The notes under the pieces were generated by a model that saw only the letters and a program-made list of their open reading frames with translations, made no database searches and was not told the origin of the DNA. Source: Thiomargarita sp. (GTDB lineage Bacteria; Pseudomonadota; Gammaproteobacteria; Beggiatoales; Beggiatoaceae). From it: a stretch of 64,000 nucleotides of DNA. Position numbers and translations under genes: made by a program. Shown here piece after piece: positions 1-8,956 of this stretch; the first letter of the stretch is position 1, and the number at the start of each line of letters is the position of its first letter. The stretch lies in contig DYNP01000006.1 in the NCBI GenBank assembly GCA_020721005.1, positions 162,200 to 226,199 on the forward strand. The letters run 5' to 3'.

Positions 1-124
1 ATATTCGGGGAAGCAACAGTATCAGTATGTTGTTTAGAAGGTGAAGTTGGACCAGGGGAATTATGGCAAACAAATGCCTAATGCCCCTACTTTTTTTCAT
101 TGGATATTTTGAATTTCAGAATAT

Positions 125-910
125 TCAGAGTTCATTCCCACGTTCAATATTGCGACTTAAACGCACTGCCAATTCATTGAAAAAGGTGGCCAAATCAGTG
201 CGACTGACTTTCTCTTCTTGCAGTTGATTAACTTCTTGATTGATCAGGGCAGTGAGAACTTCACCCTGTTGGCGAATTTGTAGGGTAGTTTCTTGAAATT
301 TGTTATGGGTTTGTTGTCGTAAATTTTTGACTTCTCGGGTAAATTGTTCATCTAATTGAATTAAACGGGTGTTTAAATCGGCTTTTAGGGCAGTCAACTC
401 ATGTTGAATGTCTTGTTGGACAGAAAGTCTTTCTTGGCGATCAATTTTGGCCTTTTCGGAGAGACTTTCAATTTCTCCTTCAATTCTCTCATCCATGACT
501 TTGAGGCGTTGCATGAGTTCATCGCGCAGATGGAGACTTTCTTGGGCAAAACGTTCTTCCAGGCGTTTGAAACGTTTTTCATAGTCGCGCATTTGCCCAC
601 CAAATAGGATATCGCGAACTTGGTCAATATTGCCCACTTTGGCTCCGCCCAAAGTGTCGCTGAGATCAAGCATGGCTGCGGCCGAAGGTTGAATTTCAGG
701 GCGGGCAGAGGGGCTATCAGTAAGGCGACTTTTCCGGTCCCGAGGATCTAGGGTGAGCGTTTCGGTTTTTTCTTCAGTCATGGTTTTCTCTCCTAAGGAA
801 GTGACGGAAACAATTTTGGAACGTGCTTGAGGGTCTGGTGATTCTCTTAAGGGTTTGTGAGAGAGTGCACGTTCTCCAAATTCAGTCACGTTTTGTGGCT
901 TGTATGACAT
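125..910 (-). CDS. Coiled-coil hypothetical protein. It could start at the internal ATG near 783 (MTEEKTE), which has an AGGAGA Shine-Dalgarno sequence 7 nt upstream.
   Basis: 261-aa ORF. The C-terminal two thirds is heptad-rich, charged (E/K/R/Q/L), and has no recognisable enzymatic motif. The plus-strand sequence is ...TTAGGAGAGAAAACCATGACTGAAG in reverse complement. Confidence 0.5.
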   Translation of the reverse strand: MSYKPQNVTEFGERALSHKPLRESPDPQARSKIVSVTSLGEKTMTEEKTETLTLDPRDRKSRLTDSPSARPEIQPSAAAMLDLSDTLGGAKVGNIDQVRDILFGGQMRDYEKRFKRLEERFAQESLHLRDELMQRLKVMDERIEGEIESLSEKAKIDRQERLSVQQDIQHELTALKADLNTRLIQLDEQFTREVKNLRQQTHNKFQETTLQIRQQGEVLTALINQEVNQLQEEKVSRTDLATFFNELAVRLSRNIERGNEL

Positions 911-1031
911 ATCTTATTCTCCTTATCGTTCATAGGAGGCTATTATTGGTATGGGTTATCTTTGGTTTTTTATTTCAAGAATTTGGAAAGAGGGAGAGAT
1001 TCTATTGAGTGCCGAATGGCAAGATTTCCCT

Positions 1032-1823
1032 TTAATAACGTTGCCGTTTCATGGGTCGATGGGGGCGTTTATTTTCCGGGATTGAGACAGGGGCTGCCAA
1101 CCCAACTGCCGCCAATAAAGTGTGTTCCTCTGCTTCTGAGAGGTAAACATGGTGGCCAGCTTTCAGTCCTTTAGGAAGAATAAACGGTCCAAATCGAATG
1201 CGCATGAGACGACTGACAATCAGGTTTTGGGATTCCCAGAGTCGTCGCACTTCGCGTTTTTTTCCCTCAGTGAGAGTGACATGGTACCAGGAATTGGCGC
1301 CTTGCCCGCCTATTTTAATGATGCTCTTGAAATGGGCGGGACCGTCTTCCAAAAAAACGCCTTGTAACAGATTGCTTATTGCCTGTTCAGTCACTTGTCC
1401 TAAAATTCTCACTGCATACTCTCTTTCTAAACAGTAAGAGGGATGCATCAGGCGGTGGGCAAGTTCTCCATCTGTGGTGAGAATGAGGAGTCCCCCAGTG
1501 TTGATGTCAAGACGTCCTACCGTGATCCATTTACCTTGTTTAGGGGAGGGAAGGTGTTCAAAAATGCTGGGACGTTGTTCTGGGTCATGACGGGTACAAA
1601 TTTGGCCAAGAGGTTTGTGATAGCATAAAATTTGGCGTTTGGGGGTGGAAATTTGCCGTAATTGCTTACCATCGACTCGAATGATATCAGTTTCAGTGAC
1701 TCGTTCGCCAAGGGTGGCAAGCTGTTGGTTGACTTGGATTCGGCCTTGTTGTATCCAAATTTCGATTTGGCGGCGGGAACCGATGCCAAGGCGAGCCAGT
1801 ACTTTTTGTAGCTTTTCTGTCAT
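1032..1823 (-). CDS. rRNA pseudouridine synthase of the RsuA/RluB family (S4 domain plus pseudouridine-synthase catalytic domain)
   Basis: The N-terminal S4-like region reads KLQKVLARLGIGSRRQIEIWIQQGRIQVNQQ. The catalytic motif is GRLDINTGGLLILTTDGELAHRLMHP. Length is 263 aa. Confidence 0.8.
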   Translation of the reverse strand: MTEKLQKVLARLGIGSRRQIEIWIQQGRIQVNQQLATLGERVTETDIIRVDGKQLRQISTPKRQILCYHKPLGQICTRHDPEQRPSIFEHLPSPKQGKWITVGRLDINTGGLLILTTDGELAHRLMHPSYCLEREYAVRILGQVTEQAISNLLQGVFLEDGPAHFKSIIKIGGQGANSWYHVTLTEGKKREVRRLWESQNLIVSRLMRIRFGPFILPKGLKAGHHVYLSEAEEHTLLAAVGLAAPVSIPENKRPHRPMKRQRY

Positions 1824-2065
1824 GTTGGGTTATTCTTTAATTGGGTAAAGCCAGGGTTGACTGGGGGCGCATCGCAATAAATTGGGAGGATTGGGGGTGA
1901 GTTAACAATTTATTTTGCGATTATATTGGATTTTTGGGATAACTATCAAGGTTTAAATAAGGGGTCTTTTATGGTTTGTCACCGTGTTATACAAAAAGGG
2001 GAGAGCTTTGGTTGTTCTCAATTGTTGGGTAATTTTCCTTTTTTCCTCGCTTGAAAAAGAGGGAA

Positions 2066-2486
2066 AAGGAGGATTCTACTGTATGTGCAACACTTAACTG
2101 CTATTCAGTTAAGGTATGGTGGAGTGGAAGCTTTGTGGAGTGGAAGCTTTGTGGAGTGGAAGCTTTGTGGAGTGGAGGCTTTATGGAGTGGAAGCTTTGT
2201 GGAGTGGAGGCTTTATGGAGTGGAAACTTTGTGGAGTGGAGGCTTTAGGCGGCCGGCGGTAGGAGCTCCGCAATCTGACTGTGCTGGATGATGCCGTCCG
2301 GCTATTGTCAAAACTTCCTTAAAAGAGGATTCTACTGCATATGCAACACTTAACTGCTATTCAGTTAAGGTACGGTGGAGTGGAGACTTTGTGGAGTGGA
2401 GGCTTTAGCCGGCCGGCGGTAGGCGCTCCGCAATTTAACTGTGTTGGATGATGCCGACCGGCTAAAGCCTCCACTCCAATAATGTG
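2066..2486. repeat. Degenerate composite repeat. It has two direct copies of a ~60-bp leader (2066-2125 and 2327-2386), each followed by TGGAGTGGAGGCTTTAGCCGG-type units and a GC-rich hairpin ending CCGGCTAAAGCCTCCACTCCA. It is related to the MITE family below but lacks the terminal inverted repeats.
   Basis: Direct reading shows GGATTCTACTGYATRTGCAACACTTAACTGCTATTCAGTTAAGGTA twice. The inverted pair GGAGTGGAGGCTTTAGCCGG...CCGGCTAAAGCCTCCACTCC lies at 2395-2480. Confidence 0.7.
2121..2248. repeat. Tandem array, 8 x 16 bp (GGAGTGGAAGCTTTGT alternating with GGAGTGGAGGCTTTAT)
   Basis: Units were counted directly. This explains the spurious ORFs 2051..2248 and 2085..2291, which translate to WSGSFVEWKLCGVEAL repeats. 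Confidence 0.85.
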
Positions 2487-2602
2487 ATATCCTCACTTAA
2501 TAGCATGGCAATGACAGCTTTCCCTCCGATTTTTAACTATACCAAAATAGGTGTTGCACACAAGGTGATTCTATTTGTCTTAAAGTCACTGTGAGAGTGA
2601 TT

Positions 2603-3613
2603 ATGCGAGTTTTAATTGTCAAAACTTCTTCCTTGGGAGATATCATTCATACTTTTCCAGCGGTGTCCGAAGCGTTGTCACATTTTCCTGATCTGCGATG
2701 CGATTGGGTGGTGGAGAAGGCTTTTGCTTCCTTGCCCAGTTGGCACCCCGCAGTGGATAGGGTTATTGTGGTGGCCTTTCGAGAATGGCGGTCTCAGATT
2801 AGAAATACGTTATTTAGTGGTACTTGGCAGCATTTTTTAGCTGAATTGAAGGAGCGTCAGTATGATTTTGTGATTGATGCTCAAGGGCTGCTGAAGAGTG
2901 GTTTTTTAACGAGTCAGGCTCGTGGGACTCGTTGTGGTTTAGATTTTTTCTCGGCTCGAGAACCTTGGGCTACTTTGGCTTATCATCGCCGTTTTAAGGT
3001 AGGAAAATTGGATCATGCTGTACAACGAGTGCGGAATTTGTTTGCTCAGGCATTGGGTTATTCCTTAAGTAAGGAATTGCCGGAGTATGGGATTCGAGAT
3101 TTTTTTGCTTTTCCAGAAGTTGTGCAAAAACGGGTGATTTTTTTACATGGGACAACTTGGGCAACTAAGCATTGGCCGGAGGCGCATTGGTTGTCATTGG
3201 CACGGCAGTTATGTGCAGCTGGTTATACTCCACGTTTGCCCTTTGGCAATAATGAGGAGTATGAACGAGCATTGAGGATTGCGACTCAGGTAAATGGGGT
3301 AGAGATCATTCCCAAAGGAGGATTGTATCAGTTGGCTTGGGAGTTAGGACGGGCTAAGGCGGTGGTTGGGGTCGATACTGGTTTGATGCATTTGTCTACT
3401 GCATTGAAAGTTCCTAATGTGTCCATTTATGGGGCCACGGATCCTGCCCGCACCGGCACTTATGGAAGTTGTCAGTGGCATATAGTCAGCCAGTTTTCCT
3501 GTGCTCCCTGTTTGCGTAAACGTTGTCAGTTTACCACAACTTTTCCTCCTTGTTACTTGGAATTAACTGCAGATAGAATTTTGGGACATTTACTGCCGCT
3601 ACTCTCTGCTTGA
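2603..3613 (+). CDS. waaC: ADP-heptose:LPS heptosyltransferase I (glycosyltransferase family 9)
   Basis: The N-terminus MRVLIVKTSSLGDIIHTFPA is typical of WaaC/RfaC. A GT9 motif follows (GVDTGLMHLSTALKVPNVSIYGATDP). The track start at GTG 2591 was trimmed to ATG 2603. Confidence 0.8.
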   Translation: MRVLIVKTSSLGDIIHTFPAVSEALSHFPDLRCDWVVEKAFASLPSWHPAVDRVIVVAFREWRSQIRNTLFSGTWQHFLAELKERQYDFVIDAQGLLKSGFLTSQARGTRCGLDFFSAREPWATLAYHRRFKVGKLDHAVQRVRNLFAQALGYSLSKELPEYGIRDFFAFPEVVQKRVIFLHGTTWATKHWPEAHWLSLARQLCAAGYTPRLPFGNNEEYERALRIATQVNGVEIIPKGGLYQLAWELGRAKAVVGVDTGLMHLSTALKVPNVSIYGATDPARTGTYGSCQWHIVSQFSCAPCLRKRCQFTTTFPPCYLELTADRILGHLLPLLSA

Positions 3614-4007
3614 AAAGAGTTTCATTTTTTGCAGCCGCAGTGGGTTCACTCATTGACTCCAGTTGACGATTTAAGAGGTTTAGTTTGATACTATAAGGGA
3701 AATGGGGGTGCCTTGATTGAAATTCTGTTTATGGAGGATAATCAGTTCTCAGTAATTTCTTTGTTATTGCGTCAAACAAGTTGTCAAAATCATGTCAGTA
3801 AGGTAGGTACTGCATGATATTTAGGCACAGCATTAGGAAGATGAACGGTCATTGTGAAATTCTTCCAATTCCTTTAAAAGCGTTGCATTGCACAAAAGTA
3901 TACTTTGATAAATTATAATGTTATTGTAAGATGGATGACGAGAATGACCGACCTAAATTTTGCCTGTTAAGGATTACCATGAGAAAAGTTAACGAGGATA
4001 CTTAAGC

Positions 4008-5090
4008 ATGACACCGCGTAGTAAAATCTTGATTGTTGACGATGAGCAAAGCATGAGAATGCAACTTGAGTCTATGTTGGCAACCGGCGAGTATGAAACA
4101 ATTTCTCTGGTGAATGGTAGGGAACTGTTGGAAAGGTTACCTGATCTTTCACCTGATTTAATTATTTTAGATGTGATTATGCCTGAAATGGACGGTTTTG
4201 AAGTATGTCGGCGCATCAAAGATCAATCGCGCTTTCAACATATTCCCATTATTTTAATCACGGTCATGGATGGAAAAAAAGTGATGACCAAAGGATTGGA
4301 GGCAGGGGCTTTAGATTTTCTGCAAAAACCCATCAGCAAGTTGGAGTTGCAAATTCGAGTACGTTCCATGCTACGAATTAAAAGGCAATATGATGAATTG
4401 CAGGCAACTTTAAAAATGCGAGAAGAATTGTCTAATATGGTGGTGCATGACATGTCCAGTCCCATTGTATCAGTATTGCTCCATGCCACTTTGTTAGAAG
4501 AGAAGATCACGGAACCGGCCTTGCTTAAACATGTAGAAATGATTCGAATGGCAGCAGAGCGTTTGGATTCTTTTGTCAATGATATCTTGATGCTGGCAAA
4601 GATGGAACAAAGTAAATTGTTATTAAATTTAACTTGGGTGGATATCAATCAATTGGCTTTGGATGCAGAAAAACATTTTAGCATCATTGCCCATTCCAAG
4701 GGCATCACCCTGAAATTGCAATTGCCTGAGCCCCCTTTAGAAATGTTATTGGATGATAATTTATTTCGGCGAGTGATCGGCAATTTATTGGCGAATGCGC
4801 TGCAATATTCGCCCAGTGATACCATTGTTACTTTGCAAGTAAAACCTCAAGAATTGTTAGATGATAAGGTACATTTGCAAATGGAGGTGATTGACGAGGG
4901 ACCTGGAATACCTGAGGAGTATCGAGATCGCATTTTTGAAAAATTTGAGGTGATTGATTTAAAACGTCGTGGAGTGCCACAAATTGGGTTGGGACTGACT
5001 TTTTGTAAAATGGCTGTAGATGCTCATGGTGGCAGAGTCTATGTGAAACCAAATCATCCACGAGGATCAATATTTGTGGTAGAAATTTAA
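4008..5090 (+). CDS. Response-regulator receiver fused to a histidine kinase (REC-HisKA-HATPase)
   Basis: The REC domain reads ILIVDDEQSMR...DLIILDVIMPEMDGFEVCRRIK...LDFLQKPI. The H-box is VHDMSSPI. The HATPase G-boxes are EGPGIPEE and GLGLTFCK. A GAGGA Shine-Dalgarno sequence is upstream. Confidence 0.8.
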   Translation: MTPRSKILIVDDEQSMRMQLESMLATGEYETISLVNGRELLERLPDLSPDLIILDVIMPEMDGFEVCRRIKDQSRFQHIPIILITVMDGKKVMTKGLEAGALDFLQKPISKLELQIRVRSMLRIKRQYDELQATLKMREELSNMVVHDMSSPIVSVLLHATLLEEKITEPALLKHVEMIRMAAERLDSFVNDILMLAKMEQSKLLLNLTWVDINQLALDAEKHFSIIAHSKGITLKLQLPEPPLEMLLDDNLFRRVIGNLLANALQYSPSDTIVTLQVKPQELLDDKVHLQMEVIDEGPGIPEEYRDRIFEKFEVIDLKRRGVPQIGLGLTFCKMAVDAHGGRVYVKPNHPRGSIFVVEI

Positions 5091-5118
5091 GATAAAAACT
5101 TAAGGATAGGAAAGTATA

Positions 5119-5144
5119 CCCCTCCTTTTCTTGCTAAGGAGGGG
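5119..5144. repeat. Hairpin CCCCTCCTT-N8-AAGGAGGGG (an anti-SD/SD palindrome) between the convergent histidine-kinase and DUF3108 genes
   Basis: A perfect 9-bp inverted repeat was read directly. The same motif recurs at 16880-17110 and 39552-39600. Confidence 0.7.
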
Positions 5145-5170
5145 AGTCTAGACTTGACACAAGAGAATTC

Positions 5171-5899
5171 TTACCACCACTGCACGGATTGTAAAACCAT
5201 AGTTACCGGCGTGCCCTTCTCATTATGCTCAATTTGAACAGGCAAATAATGAAAATCTGGAGCGCACCACAAGGTAGTCTGACGTTTTTTATCGGCGGAC
5301 GTGCGTTGATATTGCAAAGTTTCCAATTTGCCCAATGGAGTTTCTATAAATACTTTACCTAATAAAACGGGTACATATTCCTTAATTTTACCATCATCGA
5401 TCACTTTATAACGAACATCGCGCTTACCGTAGGCTAATTCCTGCATCAGCACAACTTGATAAACCTGATCATCCAACATGCCCTCTTCCAATGGCAATTG
5501 CCAAGTTGGCTCAATTTTACTGGAAGCTGATTTTCGTTGCCAATCGAAGGTGATATGCACCTGTTTTTGCTTCTTAGACCCCGAATGTTGGTAACGATAT
5601 TCCAACGGCAACACCCGATCCTGTTTCAACATAAAACTGCTGAATTCTGTCACCTTATCATCTCGAAACAATGCCAACATACCGGTGGTATTAACCTGTC
5701 CCTCTAATACGAAAGTCCCATCTGTTCGATAGCTTAAACTGCGGCTACCTTCACCAATCGGTAACCCTTTGGAATACACCTTGTAATGAGCAATAAAAGG
5801 AGGAGGAAAATCGACTTTGGATTTGGCAGACATTTGCTCAAATGCACTGATATGGGTATAATTAAGAAAAATAAGTAGGACCAGTATGATTTTTTTCAT
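5171..5899 (-). CDS. DUF3108-family secreted protein, with a signal peptide starting at MKKIILVLLIFL
   Basis: It has a hydrophobic N-terminus after MKK. The architecture and length are typical of DUF3108 proteins that sit near LPS-core genes. The start was trimmed from 5950 to ATG 5897-5899. Confidence 0.55.
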   Translation of the reverse strand: MKKIILVLLIFLNYTHISAFEQMSAKSKVDFPPPFIAHYKVYSKGLPIGEGSRSLSYRTDGTFVLEGQVNTTGMLALFRDDKVTEFSSFMLKQDRVLPLEYRYQHSGSKKQKQVHITFDWQRKSASSKIEPTWQLPLEEGMLDDQVYQVVLMQELAYGKRDVRYKVIDDGKIKEYVPVLLGKVFIETPLGKLETLQYQRTSADKKRQTTLWCAPDFHYLPVQIEHNEKGTPVTMVLQSVQWW

Positions 5900-5978
5900 G
5901 AAGACAAATTCCAAAGTAAAATAAAGGAAGGGAAAGGTTTTTATTCCCATGGAAAATTTGGGAACAAGATATTAATGT

Positions 5979-6261
5979 TAGACCTCTTGCAAAAGTATGC
6001 GATCATAAAAAAATGAGAGTTGCTCCTCAATTAAGAAACGTTGGAGTGGAAGTCCTTGGAGTGGAGGCTTTAGCCGGCCAGCCGTAGATCCTTGCAATTT
6101 GTGCATGTGGGGTGATGCCTACCGCTGGCCGGCTAAAGCCTCCACTCCAAGGAACTTTCTAAAGCCTATACTCTAGATAAAGAGTATACTCCAACAGGGA
6201 TTGCCCTTTTATTTTTTCGTATCTCATCTTTATCGCATCATTTACTTTTGCAAGAGGTCTA
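5979..6261. mobile_element. MITE-like composite element, copy A. It has a TA target-site duplication, GACCTCTTGCAAAAG... terminal inverted repeats, internal GGAGTGGAGGCTTTAGCCGG units and a central GC-rich hairpin.
   Basis: The left end is TA|GACCTCTTGCAAAAGTATGCGATCATAAAAAAATGAGAGTTGC. The right end is ...CTTTTATTTTTTCGTATCTCATCTTTATCGCATCATTTACTTTTGCAAGAGGTC|TA. The central hairpin is CCGGCCAGC-(loop)-GCTGGCCGG. Confidence 0.75.
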
Positions 6262-6342
6262 TTGAAAGACTTATCTTATGCATGCACCCATAAGCTATAC
6301 TTTTGAGCACATTCTGTCAAGTTTGGAGAAAGATAACCTGTT

Positions 6343-7860
6343 ATGCGTTTACCCCCGTTGAACTTTGCATCCGCACACATTTTAATCGTTGGGGATGTCA
6401 TGCTTGATCGCTATTGGTATGGCTCTGCCTCCCGAATCTCCCCAGAAGCACCTGTTCCCGTGGTCCACATTCAACAACAAGAAGAACGACCTGGGGGAGC
6501 CGGCAATGTAGCATTAAATGTGACTTCGTTAGGGGCCCAAGCCACCTTGATCGGTTTAACTGGCCAAGATGAAGCAGCTCAGAAACTGACAGAATTGTTG
6601 ACTGGAGCCAAGGTGCATTGCCAATTCATTCCCCTCCCCAACATTCACACCACCACCAAATTACGAGTACTCAGCCATCATCAACAATTAATTCGCTTAG
6701 ATTTTGAGGATCACCTTACCATTGCCCAAGATCAAATCCTTCAAACCCAATTGGAACACTGCTCAACCAAAATCCAAGTGGTGGTACTTTCTGACTATGG
6801 AAAGGGCACCCTTTCCCATCCTCAAATTTGGATTCAATGGGCTCAACAACTTGGTAAACTCATTCTCATCGATCCCAAGGGACAAGATTTCTTTAAATAT
6901 CGCGGCGCCACGTTAATGACCCCCAACTTGGCAGAATTTGAAACTATTGTCGGTCCCTGCAAAACCCAATCCATATTGATTGAAAGAGGTGAACAACTTC
7001 GAGAACAACTGGGATTACAAGCTCTGCTGATCACCCGCAGTCATGAGGGGATGACACTTTTGCAACAGGGACAAGCAGCCGTGCACCTGCCTGCTCAAGC
7101 CCGAGAAGTATATGATGTTACGGGAGCTGGAGACACTGTTATTGGCGTATTAGCCACCAGTTTGGCTGCTGGACATTCCTTAACTCAAGCCACTTACCTG
7201 GCCAACTGGGCAGCTGGCCTGGTGGTTGCAAAACTGGGCACTGCCACTGTCAGTTTACATGAATTACAAACCAGTTTGATCGCCGAACCTTCCCCCACCG
7301 ATCAAATTCATACCCTACCATGGGTAGCCCAAGCCAAAATTCATGACACCCTAAACAGTCTACAACACACCGTAAAAACTGCGCAAGCTCAAGGCAAAAT
7401 CGTAGTCATGACCAACGGTTGTTTTGACATACTCCATGCTGGACACATTCACTACCTGATGCAAGCCCGACAACTGGGAGACCATCTCATCGTCGCGGTC
7501 AACGATGACAACTCAATACGACGTTTAAAAGGACTCACTCGTCCCATTCATACCCTAGCCAATCGATTGGCTGTACTCAGTGCCTTGACCTGTATTGACT
7601 CCCTAATTGCCTTTTCCGAAGACACCCCAGAGCACTTAATTTGCAACATTTTACCTGATATATTAGTCAAAGGCGGCGATTACCAACCCCATCAAATTGC
7701 CGGCAGCCATTGTGTCAAAGCCCAAGGAGGACAAGTTAAAGTACTACCTTTTTTGGAAGGCTGTTCCACCACTGCAATCTTAGATGCCTTACAAACTGAA
7801 ACGACCCTAAAAACCAATGAGTTAAGAAACAACATTCCCCCAAAGAATACCATCTCTTAA
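6343..7860 (+). CDS. hldE: Bifunctional D-beta-D-heptose 7-phosphate kinase / D-beta-D-heptose 1-phosphate adenylyltransferase
   Basis: 505 aa. The N-terminal pfkB-type kinase region includes GGAGNVALN and DVTGAGDT. The C-terminal cytidylyltransferase region includes MTNGCFDILHAGH. Confidence 0.9.
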   Translation: MRLPPLNFASAHILIVGDVMLDRYWYGSASRISPEAPVPVVHIQQQEERPGGAGNVALNVTSLGAQATLIGLTGQDEAAQKLTELLTGAKVHCQFIPLPNIHTTTKLRVLSHHQQLIRLDFEDHLTIAQDQILQTQLEHCSTKIQVVVLSDYGKGTLSHPQIWIQWAQQLGKLILIDPKGQDFFKYRGATLMTPNLAEFETIVGPCKTQSILIERGEQLREQLGLQALLITRSHEGMTLLQQGQAAVHLPAQAREVYDVTGAGDTVIGVLATSLAAGHSLTQATYLANWAAGLVVAKLGTATVSLHELQTSLIAEPSPTDQIHTLPWVAQAKIHDTLNSLQHTVKTAQAQGKIVVMTNGCFDILHAGHIHYLMQARQLGDHLIVAVNDDNSIRRLKGLTRPIHTLANRLAVLSALTCIDSLIAFSEDTPEHLICNILPDILVKGGDYQPHQIAGSHCVKAQGGQVKVLPFLEGCSTTAILDALQTETTLKTNELRNNIPPKNTIS

Positions 7861-7977
7861 CAACCCTATTTAAGAAATGACATCCTTTCAAGGACTGTTA
7901 TCCCTTAACAAAAAGAAAAATAGGGAACTGCTGTCTTACCTCTATGCGATAAATTTAACTGGAGAACCTTCACCACT

Positions 7978-8940
7978 ATGATCATTGTCACCGGCGGGGC
8001 TGGCTTTATCGGCAGCAACCTCATTAGGGAACTGAACGCAAAAGGCTATGACCACATTTTGGCAGTTGACAACCTCACCAAAGGCGAAAAATTCCAAAAT
8101 CTCATCGACTGCGAACTCCTAGACTACCAAGACAAACAACAATTTCTCAATCGCCTCATCCACCGTGACTACATCGCCTCCACCATTGAAGCCGTGTTCC
8201 ACCTGGGCGCTTGCTCCAGCACCACCGAATGGAATGGCCAGTATCTCATGCAAAACAACTATGATTACTCCAAAATTCTACTTCAATACTGCTTAGCCCG
8301 ACAAATTCCCTTTATCTATGCCTCCAGTGCCTCAGTTTATGGCGGAAATTTTACCTTTAAAGAGGAGCGTTGCCATGAAAAACCGCTCAACATGTATGGA
8401 TACTCCAAATACTTATTCGACCAATATATACGACAACGCCTGTCTACAGCCACCTCCCAAATTGTAGGCTTACGCTATTTCAACGTTTATGGACCTCGAG
8501 AACAACACAAAGGTAACATGGCCAGCGTGGCTTACCATTTCAATCACCAACTCCACACCCAAGGTGAAATCCAACTATTTGAAGGCACCGATGGCTATAC
8601 CAATGGAGAACAACGTCGTGACTTCATTTACGTGAAAGATGCCGTGGCAGTCAACCTCTGGTTCCTAGAAAATCCCAAAAAAATAGGCATTTACAACGTG
8701 GGTACCGGTCGCAGTCAAACCTTCAACGATGTAGCCAACGCAGTACTTAGTTGGCACGGTTATGGAAAAATCAAATACATTCCCTTTCCCGACCACCTTC
8801 GAGGACACTACCAAAGTTTCACCGAAGCCGACCTCACCAACCTACGCAACATAGGCTATCCCCACCCATTTAAAACTGTCGAAGAAGGCGTGACAGACTA
8901 CCTCAATTGGCTAAATTCAACCCATCCCACCCAACCCTGA
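7978..8940 (+). CDS. hldD: ADP-L-glycero-D-manno-heptose 6-epimerase
   Basis: [15 protein letters not shown] forms the Rossmann motif. Matching motifs include ASSASVYG and [10 protein letters not shown] (YxxxK). Length is 320 aa. Confidence 0.9.
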   Translation: MIIVTGGAGFIGSNLIRELNAKGYDHILAVDNLTKGEKFQNLIDCELLDYQDKQQFLNRLIHRDYIASTIEAVFHLGACSSTTEWNGQYLMQNNYDYSKILLQYCLARQIPFIYASSASVYGGNFTFKEERCHEKPLNMYGYSKYLFDQYIRQRLSTATSQIVGLRYFNVYGPREQHKGNMASVAYHFNHQLHTQGEIQLFEGTDGYTNGEQRRDFIYVKDAVAVNLWFLENPKKIGIYNVGTGRSQTFNDVANAVLSWHGYGKIKYIPFPDHLRGHYQSFTEADLTNLRNIGYPHPFKTVEEGVTDYLNWLNSTHPTQP

Positions 8941-8956
8941 GATTAACATTCCCATC

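Noticed and set aside
2121-2248. Tandem 16-bp repeats here, and the 26- and 44-bp arrays at 34366-34550 and 40521-40800, considered as possible CRISPR arrays
   Set aside because: The units are contiguous with no unique spacers. Repeat lengths of 16-44 bp with imperfect copies do not fit CRISPR geometry. They are embedded inside the terminal-inverted-repeat-bounded MITE. No cas genes are present.
2051-2291. ORFs 2051..2248 and 2085..2291 (WSGSFVEWKLCGVEAL repeats)
   Set aside because: They are translation artefacts of the 16-bp tandem repeat. The same holds for ORFs 40369..40554, 56784..56981, 16911..17204 and 16939..17139, which lie over other repeats.
4235-4648. 137-aa antisense ORF inside the 4008..5090 kinase, plus other long antisense ORFs (10601..10876, 18660..19004, 22478..22750, 52731..52994)
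   Set aside because: They are entirely internal to well-supported genes on the opposite strand, with no independent motifs.
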